A stretch of DNA of 13,690 nucleotides from Promethearchaeota archaeon (GTDB lineage: Archaea; Asgardarchaeota; Lokiarchaeia; Sigyniarchaeales; SOKP01), in assembly GCA_019058015.1 (NCBI GenBank), contig JAHLWH010000071.1, positions 1 through 13,690 on the forward strand. The letters run 5' to 3'. The notes beneath the pieces are model-generated. The model ran no database searches, was not told where the DNA came from, and worked only from the letters and a program-made list of their open reading frames with translations. Below are positions 1-8,772 of the stretch, piece by piece. Made by a program: the position numbers and the translations under genes. Numbering within the stretch: the stretch's first letter is position 1; every line of letters begins with the position of its first letter.

Positions 1-63
1 TCCCATTCCACCCATTCCACCCATTCCTGGAGGCATTCCACCACCTGGAGGCATTGGGGGCAT
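1..63 (-). repeat. Low-complexity codon repeats encoding the chaperonin GGM/MPPG tail
   Basis: Plus strand has 9-nt units cccattcca and two copies of cctggaggcatt, translating to [21 protein letters not shown]. Confidence 0.9.
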
Positions 64-1647
64 AGCATATTTTGAGCCGGCGATTATATCGTCAATACGC
101 AGGATAAGGCCTGCCGCTTCGTAACCAGATTTTATGGCTTGTTTTTTTACAACGGTTGGTTCGATAACATTTAAATTCATCATATCATTCTCGATTTCTC
201 CCTTTTCCAGATCAATTCCCGCATATTTATTACCACTATGATGGGCAGCTCTTAATTTAACTAAAATATCAATTTGATCAAGACCACCATTTTCAGCAAG
301 TGTAGTCGGAACAATATCTAAACTATCAGCAAATACTTCAACAGCTAATTGTTCTCTTCCTCCAAGAGTGGCTGCAAATTTTCTTAATTGAATAGCAGTT
401 TCTACTTCTGGAGCACCTCCACCGCCAACAATATTCTCATCTTCGATAACATCTTTGGTTACGCTCAAGGCATCATGTATTGCACGTTCTGCTTCATCTA
501 CTATTAATTCTGTTCCACCACGGATTAAAATCACTACTGATTTAGGATCTTTACATTTTTCTACAAAAATCCAAGAATCTTTCATAATTTTTCTCTCTTC
601 TACTAATCCCGCATGACCAAGTTTATCTTTGCGTAAATCATTAAAACTTGTGAAAATCATACCACCTGTTGCTTTGGAAAGCTTTTCTAAATCAGATTTC
701 TTGACTCTTCTTACAGCCAATACTCCTGCTTTAGCCAAAAAATGTTGAGCCATATCATCAATACCTTTCTGACAAATTACTACATTTGCACCAGTATTGA
801 TAACGTTATCCACCATATCTCGAAGCATTTTTTCCTCCTGATCAAGATATGCTTGTATTTGCTCCGGACTTGTGATTTGCAACTTACTATCAAATTCTGT
901 TTTTTGAATTTCTATTGCAGATTGAAGTAATAAAATTTTAGCCTCTTCAACGATTTTTGGCATACCAGGATTAACGACTTCTTTATCTAAGATAATACCT
1001 TTAATTAATTTTGTGTCGTCTATGCTCTCACCTTCCTTTTTCTGGATTTGTACCTTATCTAAATCGGCTCTCCATTCTCCATTTACTTGCTCGGCAACAG
1101 AAATTATGGCATCTACGCAAATATCTGAGAGTAAATCTCTTGATTCTGAGACCAATTTAGAAGACATCGAAGTCATTGCTACATTCTTAAGTATATCCTT
1201 ATTATCTATAGTCGCTTTTTCTGAGATATTATCCAAAATTTCTAAACCTTTATCAGCGGCTTTTCTGAAACCTTCAGCAATTATTGTTGGGTGTATCTTT
1301 TGCTCTAATAATTTTTGAGAGCGTTTTAATAATTCACCAGCGAGTATTACTGCAGTAGTTGTTCCATCTCCAACCTCTGAATCTTGTGTTTTAGCGACTT
1401 CCACCATCATCTTGGCTGCTGGGTGTTGTACGTCAATCTCTTTTAAAATTGTGGCACCATCATTCGTGATTACAATGTCGCCGAATTGGTCCACTAACAT
1501 CTTATCCATTCCCTTAGGACCAAGGCTTGTTCGAATAGCCTCGGCAATTGTTATTGCAGCGGCTATGTTGTTGCTTTGAGCGTCTTTACCTTTAGTTCTT
1601 TCAGTTCCTTCTCTTAAGATTAGAACTGGTTGACCACCTAGTTGCAC
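1..1647 (-). CDS. ths: Thermosome subunit (group II chaperonin), 3' end runs off the window
   Basis: Translated by hand; absent from the ORF track because the stop lies outside the window. GTG start at 1647, with an in-frame TGA a few codons upstream and an RBS-like GAGATGA. N-terminus [24 protein letters not shown], chaperonin ATP-binding motif VGDGTTTA, C-terminal LILRIDDII followed by a Gly/Met/Pro tail. Alpha versus beta subunit cannot be determined. Confidence 0.97.
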   Translation of the reverse strand, partial: MQLGGQPVLILREGTERTKGKDAQSNNIAAAITIAEAIRTSLGPKGMDKMLVDQFGDIVITNDGATILKEIDVQHPAAKMMVEVAKTQDSEVGDGTTTAVILAGELLKRSQKLLEQKIHPTIIAEGFRKAADKGLEILDNISEKATIDNKDILKNVAMTSMSSKLVSESRDLLSDICVDAIISVAEQVNGEWRADLDKVQIQKKEGESIDDTKLIKGIILDKEVVNPGMPKIVEEAKILLLQSAIEIQKTEFDSKLQITSPEQIQAYLDQEEKMLRDMVDNVINTGANVVICQKGIDDMAQHFLAKAGVLAVRRVKKSDLEKLSKATGGMIFTSFNDLRKDKLGHAGLVEERKIMKDSWIFVEKCKDPKSVVILIRGGTELIVDEAERAIHDALSVTKDVIEDENIVGGGGAPEVETAIQLRKFAATLGGREQLAVEVFADSLDIVPTTLAENGGLDQIDILVKLRAAHHSGNKYAGIDLEKGEIENDMMNLNVIEPTVVKKQAIKSGYEAAGLILRIDDIIAGSKYAMPPMPPGGGMPPGMGGMGGMG

Positions 1648-1786
1648 TTTTAAATTTCATCTCTTTCTTTTAAATTTCAAAATTTTTTAATACTATTTAA
1701 ATGATCTCTATGTCATATAGATTTTAAATTTTTCTCTATTTTAACCTAGAAATATTTAATTTCAAGATAATAAAAATTTAAAGAAG

Positions 1787-1951
1787 TTATTTTGAGCGTT
1801 CTCTTCTTTTTGGTCTTAAATCCTTACTCCGGCATAGTCTACACTTTACTGCCTTAATTGGATTATGCGCTCCGCATTTTCTGCAAATTAAATGTTTAGC
1901 TAATAAATGGTAAGCTGCGATTTTCCGTTTGTAAGGATCATCAATTGGCAT
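1787..1951 (-). CDS. rpl40e: 50S ribosomal protein L40e (eL40), standalone, 54 aa
   Basis: Hand translation, below the ORF-track cutoff: MPIDDPYKRKIAAYHLLAKHLICRKCGAHNPIKAVKCRLCRSKDLRPKRRERSK*. It has the eL40 zinc-finger pattern ICRKCGAxN...A.KCR.C...LRPK. Confidence 0.96.
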   Translation of the reverse strand: MPIDDPYKRKIAAYHLLAKHLICRKCGAHNPIKAVKCRLCRSKDLRPKRRERSK

Positions 1952-2136
1952 TTTCGAGCACTGTTTTGAAATTAATATAAAAAATTTTAGATACTTTCAA
2001 AGATACTTAATAATCTATAAAATTTTCGAAATTTTAAAGTAAATCAAAAATTTAATATTTGATTTTTCTTTCATTTGAATATAATAGAGATAAATTGAGA
2101 TTAATAATAGAAAAGTAGATATGGATTAGAAAGCAA

Positions 2137-2331
2137 ATGCCTAAAGAAATTTTTGATTCAGATCAATTCATAGAATTAAGTAAAATTGCTATTCATTGTA
2201 GAGTAAAGCGTAGGAAAGAAGATGTCAAATTAAAATTAAGGACTAAAAAGTACTTATTTACTTTTAAAACAGATTTTAAAACTGCAGAAGATCTATTAAA
2301 TAAAATAGATTGTTCAATTATAGAATTGTGA
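2137..2331 (+). CDS. rpl38e: 50S ribosomal protein L38e (eL38)
   Basis: 64-aa basic protein. MPKEI.D...F start and K.KLRTKKYLFT motif are characteristic of eL38. Confidence 0.9.
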   Translation: MPKEIFDSDQFIELSKIAIHCRVKRRKEDVKLKLRTKKYLFTFKTDFKTAEDLLNKIDCSIIEL

Positions 2332-2343
2332 AAGAACAGAATA

Positions 2344-2847
2344 ATGAAAGATTTACCAGCAGATAATACATGCATTAAATCGTCATTTTTATGTTCTAAT
2401 TGTAAGCGAAAGTTAGAAAATAATGAGATTTCTCAGTTTGATTTAGATATCGCAAGAGATCTTTTAGAAATAGAAGCAAAATACCCCTCATTAGAAAAGG
2501 CTTCTTTATATAGGACTATTGATTTTGGAGATGTTGTTATTTTTATTGTAGGAAAGGGAGATAAACTTAGATATAACAGGGAGATTTTAAAAATTCTAAG
2601 AAAGAAATATGATGTTTCATATTTAATATTAGTTGAAAAAACTAAAAAAATTAGACAGATTGTAGAGAGTTTAATTTCTCCTGGTAAATTGATTGGGTTA
2701 AATGAAATTTTTGTGCCTACGGGAGATGTTGAGTATAAAGCAATAATTAGTAAGATTGATAAAGACAAAATTCTTTTTACTAAAGATGAGCTTGAAGAGC
2801 TTATTGAGGAGATATCTACTCAAATTATAAGATTTAGTTTTGAATAA
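2344..2847 (+). CDS. Archaeal NusA-like paralog (N-terminal Cys cluster plus degenerate KH-like domain)
   Basis: CIKSSFLCSNC..KL..NEIS.FD N-terminus, VEKT...RQIVESLISPGKLIGLNEIFVPTG. Its position next to pth2 and truD is typical for this archaeal family. Confidence 0.75.
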   Translation: MKDLPADNTCIKSSFLCSNCKRKLENNEISQFDLDIARDLLEIEAKYPSLEKASLYRTIDFGDVVIFIVGKGDKLRYNREILKILRKKYDVSYLILVEKTKKIRQIVESLISPGKLIGLNEIFVPTGDVEYKAIISKIDKDKILFTKDELEELIEEISTQIIRFSFE

Positions 2848-2896
2848 ATATATAATTTTTCTTTTTGATTGTTTCACTATATAGAGAGGATTTCAT

Positions 2897-3259
2897 ATGG
2901 TTGCAATTGAATACAAACAAGTTATTTTAATAAGGACAGATCTTGGAATGAGTGCGGGAAAGAAGTGTGTTCAATCCTGCCATGCAAGTGTTAGCTCTTC
3001 AGATTTAGTTAGAAAACGAGATAAAATAGTATGGAAGCAGTGGATGAATACAGGTCAAAAGAAAATTGTATTAAAAATTAAAACTTTAGAAGAATTATTA
3101 TCAATTTATCGTAGAGTTTTAAAAGAAAAAATACTATGTTTTTTAGTTCAAGATGCTGGTTTAACTCAATTGGAACCTGGAACTATTACAGCTTTGGGCA
3201 TTGGTCCGGCAAAATCAGATATATTAGATAAAATTAGTGGAGAACTTAAACTCTTATAA
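2897..3259 (+). CDS. pth2: Peptidyl-tRNA hydrolase Pth2
   Basis: [50 protein letters not shown] and C-terminal LKLL. Confidence 0.97.
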   Translation: MVAIEYKQVILIRTDLGMSAGKKCVQSCHASVSSSDLVRKRDKIVWKQWMNTGQKKIVLKIKTLEELLSIYRRVLKEKILCFLVQDAGLTQLEPGTITALGIGPAKSDILDKISGELKLL

Positions 3260-3267
3260 CGATTAAA

Positions 3268-4620
3268 ATGGAAAAAATTCGACTTAGAGAAAATGAAAAA
3301 TTCGTTGGAATCGAATATTATGGAACCAGTGAGAGAGGAATAGGGGGTATTATTAAACATAAATTTAAGGATTTTATTGTTAAGGAGATTACACGAGAAA
3401 GAAAAATATTAGAAATAAGGGAAGATCGTCCAGAGATAGTTTTCCTACCAACAGGTAAATATACTACTTTTAATGTTACCAAGGTAAAACGAGATACATT
3501 AGAAGTATTAAATATTATTGCACATGAACTTGGTATTCCATCCGAACATATTTCTTATTCTGGGTTAAAAGATCATCGAGCGATTACTGTTCAACAAATG
3601 TCAGTTAAAGGCGATGTAATAGAGAAATTGAAAAAAATTAAAAAAAAAAACATATTTATTAGAGATTTAAGGTCTACAAAACATCCCGTTAAAGTGGGAG
3701 ACAATTGGGGGAATCACTTTTCAATTATAATTAGAAATATAGAAGATTATCGAAAATTAAACAGGAATATTGAACCAATTAACCAATTCTTAAATAAATA
3801 TGGGTTCCCAAATTATTATGGCTTACAGAGATTTGGAATCTATCGTCCAAATTCTCACCTTATTGGTAAATATATTTTACAAAAGAAATACAAGGAAGCT
3901 ATAGAAGAATTTCTGATGAGAATTTATTCAATTGAAGAGACAAAAAATATAGGTGGAAGGAAAGAAATTTCTGAGATTATTGAACGAATGAATTCATTTG
4001 ATGAAATCCCAAGAAAATTTGAATTTGAAAAATCAATCGTTGATTACTTGGCCAAAAATGGAGAAGATTATTTTGGATGCTTATCATCTCTTTCTAAGAA
4101 TATACTTAATTTAGTTATTAGTGCATATCAATCTTATTTATTTAACAAGGCTCTCTCCATGAGAATTCAATTGGGTTATCCAAGATTTAAGCCTGTAAGA
4201 GGAGATTTAATTGGTATATTAGAGGATGAAATGGCTCATTTAACTAAAATAAAGTATTTATATAATGGAAATTTAAAAAAACCTTTAAAAAGGGCATTAA
4301 AAATCGATCGAGCAGCAATTATTTCCCCAATAATAGGATATGATTCTGAATTAAACCCCTCGCATTTAATGTCTAAAATCTATTTAAAAATATTGAAAGA
4401 TGAAGAAATATTAAGAGATATTTTTAACCTTCCAGAATTTTCCGCTTTAAATTTCCCCGGGACATATAGGCCCATATCTATAAAACCTAGGGGATTGAAA
4501 ATTGTTAAAATCGATGATGATGATTTATTTCCAGGGAAAAAGAAAATAAGATTAGATTTTGACTTAAGAAAAGGTTCTTATGCTACTATGTTATTAAGGG
4601 AGTTCATAAAACATCCTTAA
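3268..4620 (+). CDS. truD: tRNA pseudouridine(13) synthase TruD/Pus7
   Basis: GIGGIIK....DFIVKEI, catalytic SGLKDHRAITVQ, GNHFSIIIR, FPNYYGLQRFG, SAYQSYLFN and GSYATMLLREF. Confidence 0.97.
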   Translation: MEKIRLRENEKFVGIEYYGTSERGIGGIIKHKFKDFIVKEITRERKILEIREDRPEIVFLPTGKYTTFNVTKVKRDTLEVLNIIAHELGIPSEHISYSGLKDHRAITVQQMSVKGDVIEKLKKIKKKNIFIRDLRSTKHPVKVGDNWGNHFSIIIRNIEDYRKLNRNIEPINQFLNKYGFPNYYGLQRFGIYRPNSHLIGKYILQKKYKEAIEEFLMRIYSIEETKNIGGRKEISEIIERMNSFDEIPRKFEFEKSIVDYLAKNGEDYFGCLSSLSKNILNLVISAYQSYLFNKALSMRIQLGYPRFKPVRGDLIGILEDEMAHLTKIKYLYNGNLKKPLKRALKIDRAAIISPIIGYDSELNPSHLMSKIYLKILKDEEILRDIFNLPEFSALNFPGTYRPISIKPRGLKIVKIDDDDLFPGKKKIRLDFDLRKGSYATMLLREFIKHP

Positions 4621-4651
4621 ATACAAAAAATTTATTAAGTGCAATTTTAAA

Positions 4652-5493
4652 TTAATTTAATGCTTTTCCACATCTAATACAGAATCTTGCTCCTGCCAGT
4701 AATTGCTCTCCACAATAAGGACAATATCCTACGTATTCTATTGTTCCTGCTTTTGCGCTTGTTAATTGATCTGGAGGTTTTGATAAGTATATGAGGTTAA
4801 ATCTTTTAATTTTGCTAAAGAGAAATAACCGATTAATTTAAAAATTATGCTGATGATACTTGGGATTATTAGGAAAATAAATACTGCACATAAAGCTGCC
4901 GTCTTTAAATTTTTAGAGCCATCTATTGCTGCCTCTGAAATATTTGGAGGAAACATGGAAGCATTTTCTATAAAAAAGTTATTTAAATTCTCCCAAGCCT
5001 TCATTTCAATTATCGAGGCTATAATGATTATAACAAACATAATACCAAGAAAAATAAGGAAAATCATTAACATCTCCAAAATAGAAGATATTTCAAGTGT
5101 AGATGGGGGATAAGGGTAAAGTCTTGACATTATATCAACTAAAAAAAAACTCATCACTCCTAACAAAATTGCGGAAAGAACATTTGTAAAAATGATAGCT
5201 CCGAGTAATAATGAATGAAATTTCGCCAAGTTATGATTATTTAGTTGTAGATTTATCCTTTTTACATTTACTAATGCACTAATATTAAAAATTATTAGAA
5301 GTATAGATGGAATTATTGATATTAATATTGAAACAATAAATAAAGTAGTTGAAGGTATTAAACTAAAAAAGGATAATTGTATACTTATTATAGGACCTAT
5401 AATCACGATTATTGCTACAATTTTTATTTTTCTTCCAAATTCGGAGAATTCATAATTAACATTAACATCTGTCATAGTTGGATTCACCTTCAA
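4652..5493 (-). CDS. Multi-pass membrane protein with a frameshifted C-terminal zinc ribbon (main ORF 4762-5493; -1 frame open 4652-4837)
   Basis: The main ORF has about 5 hydrophobic segments; the start is TTG 5493 or ATG 5475. The -1 frame continues ...SKPPDQLTSAKAGTIEYVGYCPYCGEQLLAGARFCIRCGKALN* (stop 4652-4654), a CxxCG-x9-CxxCG zinc ribbon with no ATG of its own. Confidence 0.8.
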
Positions 5494-5622
5494 TTTATAT
5501 TTGAATTAAAATATTTGGAATATTTATCATTTTGAATTTAATTTTTAATAAGGGAATCACTTTATTTAAATTAAGTATTATTATAAAAAGAAATTGAATA
5601 GAACTAAGAGGAACGATTATAA

Positions 5623-6945
5623 ATGTCTATGGATGAGATGGAAGACTTTAGAAAAACTCATTATACGAAAGATATAATTCCTGAGTTAATAGGAAAAGAA
5701 GTAATTCTTGGTGGCTGGGTTCAAAATTATCGTGATTTAGGAGGATTAAAATTTATCATTCTACAAGATAAATTTGCCGAACGACAAATTACATTAAAGA
5801 AAGGTGTTGTTTCTAATGATCTTTTTGATGTTAAAGTAGGATATCAATGGAATATAATGGTAAAAGGCATCGTTAAAGAATTTAAAAAAGCACCTGGTGG
5901 AATAGAGATAATACCTTCCCAAATCAAGATTCTGAATAAAACTCCAGAAAAATTACCTATTGATATGACTGGAGAAACAGTTTCAGAATTGGATATTAGG
6001 TTAGATAATCGTGTTTTAGATTTAAGATCTAAGAAAAATCAAGCCATCTTTCGAATAAGGTCAGAAGTGATCAATTCAATAAGAGAGTTTCTTTTAAAAA
6101 ATAATTTTACAGAAATTACAACACCAAAAATTATAGCTTCTGCTACAGAAGGTGGAACAGAACTTTTTCCAATAATATATTTTGAGGCGGAGGCATTTTT
6201 ATCTCAATCAGCCCAACTATATAAAGAACAATTATGTAGTGTTTTTGAGAACGTGTTTGAAATAAGTCCTGCCTTCAGAGCCGAAAAAAGCCATACGAAA
6301 CGTCATTTATGTGAGATTTTTACGTTAGATGTTGAAATGGCTTTTGCAAATATGCAAGATGTATTAAAATTACTTGAAGAAATGATTCAATTCATAATAA
6401 AAGACATTAGAGAAAAAAGATTGGATGATTTAAAAATCTTAAACATGGAAAATAAAACAATTGTTCCTAAAATACCGTTTCCAAGATATACGTATAAAGA
6501 GATAATTGAAAAAATTTCAACCGAATTTAATATAAATGTAGAATTCGGAGAAGATATCTCAACGGAGGCTTATAGAAAATTGGGTGAAGTATTACCGGGT
6601 TATTATTATATAATTGATTGGCCAACATCGAGTAAGCCATTTTATATTATACCATACAAAGATAAGCCGGAATTAACAGAATCCTTTGATTTACAAAAAG
6701 GATACCTTGAACTCACATCTGGAGGAACGAGAGTTCATAATAAGGAATATTTAGAGAAAAGATTAGAAGAAAAGGGTTTAAACCCCATATCTTTTGAATC
6801 TCATCTAAGAATGTTTGATTTTGGCATGCCTCCGCATGCAGGAGCTGGGTTAGGAATTGACAGATTTATAACCGTATTATGCGGTTTAGATGATATTAGA
6901 GAGGCTGTAATGTATCCAAGAACGCCAGATCGGCTTACTCCTTAA
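5623..6945 (+). CDS. aspS: Archaeal-type aspartate--tRNA ligase (possibly non-discriminating Asp/Asn)
   Basis: OB-fold GWV...[15 protein letters not shown], motif 1 [12 protein letters not shown], motif 2 [13 protein letters not shown] and motif 3 [14 protein letters not shown]. The start could be any of three nearby Met codons. Confidence 0.96.
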   Translation: MSMDEMEDFRKTHYTKDIIPELIGKEVILGGWVQNYRDLGGLKFIILQDKFAERQITLKKGVVSNDLFDVKVGYQWNIMVKGIVKEFKKAPGGIEIIPSQIKILNKTPEKLPIDMTGETVSELDIRLDNRVLDLRSKKNQAIFRIRSEVINSIREFLLKNNFTEITTPKIIASATEGGTELFPIIYFEAEAFLSQSAQLYKEQLCSVFENVFEISPAFRAEKSHTKRHLCEIFTLDVEMAFANMQDVLKLLEEMIQFIIKDIREKRLDDLKILNMENKTIVPKIPFPRYTYKEIIEKISTEFNINVEFGEDISTEAYRKLGEVLPGYYYIIDWPTSSKPFYIIPYKDKPELTESFDLQKGYLELTSGGTRVHNKEYLEKRLEEKGLNPISFESHLRMFDFGMPPHAGAGLGIDRFITVLCGLDDIREAVMYPRTPDRLTP

Positions 6946-6966
6946 AAATTTATTATAAGGATTGTT

Positions 6967-7866
6967 ATGATCGAAGATTATTTAAAAGCTGGAAAGGCCA
7001 CTGTAAGTGCAAAAAAGTTGGCACGTCAAATCACCAAACCTGGAACTCCATTAATTGAAATTTGTAATAAATGTGAAGAAAAAATAAAAGAAAATGGAGC
7101 AGAACTGGCATTTCCTTTAAATATTTCATTGAATGAAATCGCAGCCCACTATAGTTCTCCAATTGATGATCAGAGTGTAGTACCTGAAGAAGGTTTACTA
7201 AAATTAGACTTTGGAGCACATGTTAATGGATACATCGCTGATACAGCCATCACAATAAATTTAAACCAAGATAAAAAATTTGATACATTTATTATAGCTG
7301 CAGAAGAAGCATTAGAAGCAGCAATTGAAAACTTTCGACCCGGTGTTAAATTATTTGAGATAGGAGAAAGAATTTCAGAGAAGATCATTAAATATGGATT
7401 AAAACCGATAATGAACCTTGGAGGACACAGATTATTACAATATACTTTACATGCAGGGGAATTTGTTCCTAATTTTAAAGATAAAACTCATAATCAAGAA
7501 ATTCATATTGGAGATGCTTATGCGATTGAACCATTTTCCACAAACGGGGTTGGACGTGTAAAAGATGGAAAAAATAGTTATATTTATAGATTTCATAAAG
7601 TTATCAAAAAAAATATATCGTATGAATTAAAAACTGCTATAAACCAAATCAAACAAAATTTTTCTACACTTCCATTTAGCCCCCGAGCGGTTTTAAAGAA
7701 AAAGATATTACCAAAAAATAAAATAATGCCAATTATAAATCGCTTAGCTGGTAAAGGAGCTCTTAAACATTATCCAATTCTTGTCGAAGTAAGAAATGGA
7801 TTTGTCGCACACGCAGAGCATACGGTTGTGGTCAATGAAAATGAAACAATAATAACAACTAAGTAA
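6967..7866 (+). CDS. map: Methionine aminopeptidase type II
   Basis: AFPLNISLNEIAAHY, KLDFGAHVNGYIADTA, NLGGH, AIEPF and AHAEHTV metal-ligand motifs. Confidence 0.97.
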   Translation: MIEDYLKAGKATVSAKKLARQITKPGTPLIEICNKCEEKIKENGAELAFPLNISLNEIAAHYSSPIDDQSVVPEEGLLKLDFGAHVNGYIADTAITINLNQDKKFDTFIIAAEEALEAAIENFRPGVKLFEIGERISEKIIKYGLKPIMNLGGHRLLQYTLHAGEFVPNFKDKTHNQEIHIGDAYAIEPFSTNGVGRVKDGKNSYIYRFHKVIKKNISYELKTAINQIKQNFSTLPFSPRAVLKKKILPKNKIMPIINRLAGKGALKHYPILVEVRNGFVAHAEHTVVVNENETIITTK

Positions 7867-7885
7867 CAAATTATATAAAGAAAAT

Positions 7886-8752
7886 TTGAAAGAAAATTTG
7901 AAAAATTATAATAAGTTATCTTTAATCATTCTCTGTGCAGGAGAAGGAAAAAGAATTCAAAAATTCTTTCCAAAAATTCCTAAATCTTTAATAAAAATAA
8001 AAAATCTCGATAAATCAATAGTAGAATATACTATAACGCAATTTTTAAATCTAAATTTTAATAAAATTTATCTTATTTATGGATATAAAGCGAACATTTT
8101 TATCAAGTATATTAAAGATTTGGAATCAAAAAATAAAATTGATAACTTTCACTTAAATAATTCAATATTTCCTGTAAATGCGGAAAAGAATTACCAAAAA
8201 GGACCATTTCATTCATTTTTGGAGATTTTAAACGAACCTAATTTTATTATCGATGATAATTTCTTCTTATTAATTCCTGGAGATACAATTTTTGAAAATG
8301 AATTACTTAATTCAATACTTGGATACATTAAAGAAAAAATAGGGAAGAAGATTAATATACCAATTATTTTTTATCGTGAATTTGATAAAAATTTAAAAGA
8401 AATTTATAAATCGAAAAAATGTTTTTCTATTTCTGTTGTAAATATATTGAAGGAAAAAAATAATGAATTCTTAAAATCTATAGAGCAGATTGATATTAAA
8501 TCTAATAAATTAGAAAAATCCATTTTTCAAGTGATTCCAATTTATTTCTTCCCTTCTAAATTTTTAGAAGAAATAAGAGATTCGATTGATATTAATCTAG
8601 ATGACTATTCAAATTTGACGGAATTCATCAATAGTGTCTATTTAAAAGAAAATCAAGTTCTTACTCATGAGATAAATAAATCTTTAAATTTTTTTGAAGT
8701 AGATACTATAGAAGATTTACAGTTTCTAGAAGCAAATTATAAAGTAAATTGA
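7886..8752 (+). CDS. Nucleotidyltransferase (NTP_transferase / GT-A fold) family protein, substrate unknown
   Basis: IILCAGEGKRI......PKSLI N-terminal signature, PGDTIF and C-terminal EVDTIEDL; TTG start. Confidence 0.85.
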   Translation: MKENLKNYNKLSLIILCAGEGKRIQKFFPKIPKSLIKIKNLDKSIVEYTITQFLNLNFNKIYLIYGYKANIFIKYIKDLESKNKIDNFHLNNSIFPVNAEKNYQKGPFHSFLEILNEPNFIIDDNFFLLIPGDTIFENELLNSILGYIKEKIGKKINIPIIFYREFDKNLKEIYKSKKCFSISVVNILKEKNNEFLKSIEQIDIKSNKLEKSIFQVIPIYFFPSKFLEEIRDSIDINLDDYSNLTEFINSVYLKENQVLTHEINKSLNFFEVDTIEDLQFLEANYKVN

Positions 8753-8763
8753 TTTGAAGATTT

Positions 8764-8772
8764 AAAAAAAAA
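8764..8772 (-). terminator. Oligo-T (T9) archaeal-type terminator for the candidate minus-strand ncRNA
   Basis: Plus strand A9 at 8764-8772 directly abuts G5 at 8773-8777. The minus strand reads ...TACTATTATCCCCC-TTTTTTTTT, immediately after the 3' arm of the terminal helix. Confidence 0.6.

Noticed and set aside
742-1318. Plus-strand ORFs 742-930 and 1013-1318
   Set aside because: Antisense shadows of the thermosome gene with no recognisable motifs.
1648-1660. ATG at 1660 as the thermosome start
   Set aside because: It is 13 nt from the GTG at 1647 and so out of frame. It is part of the RBS-like GAGATGA.
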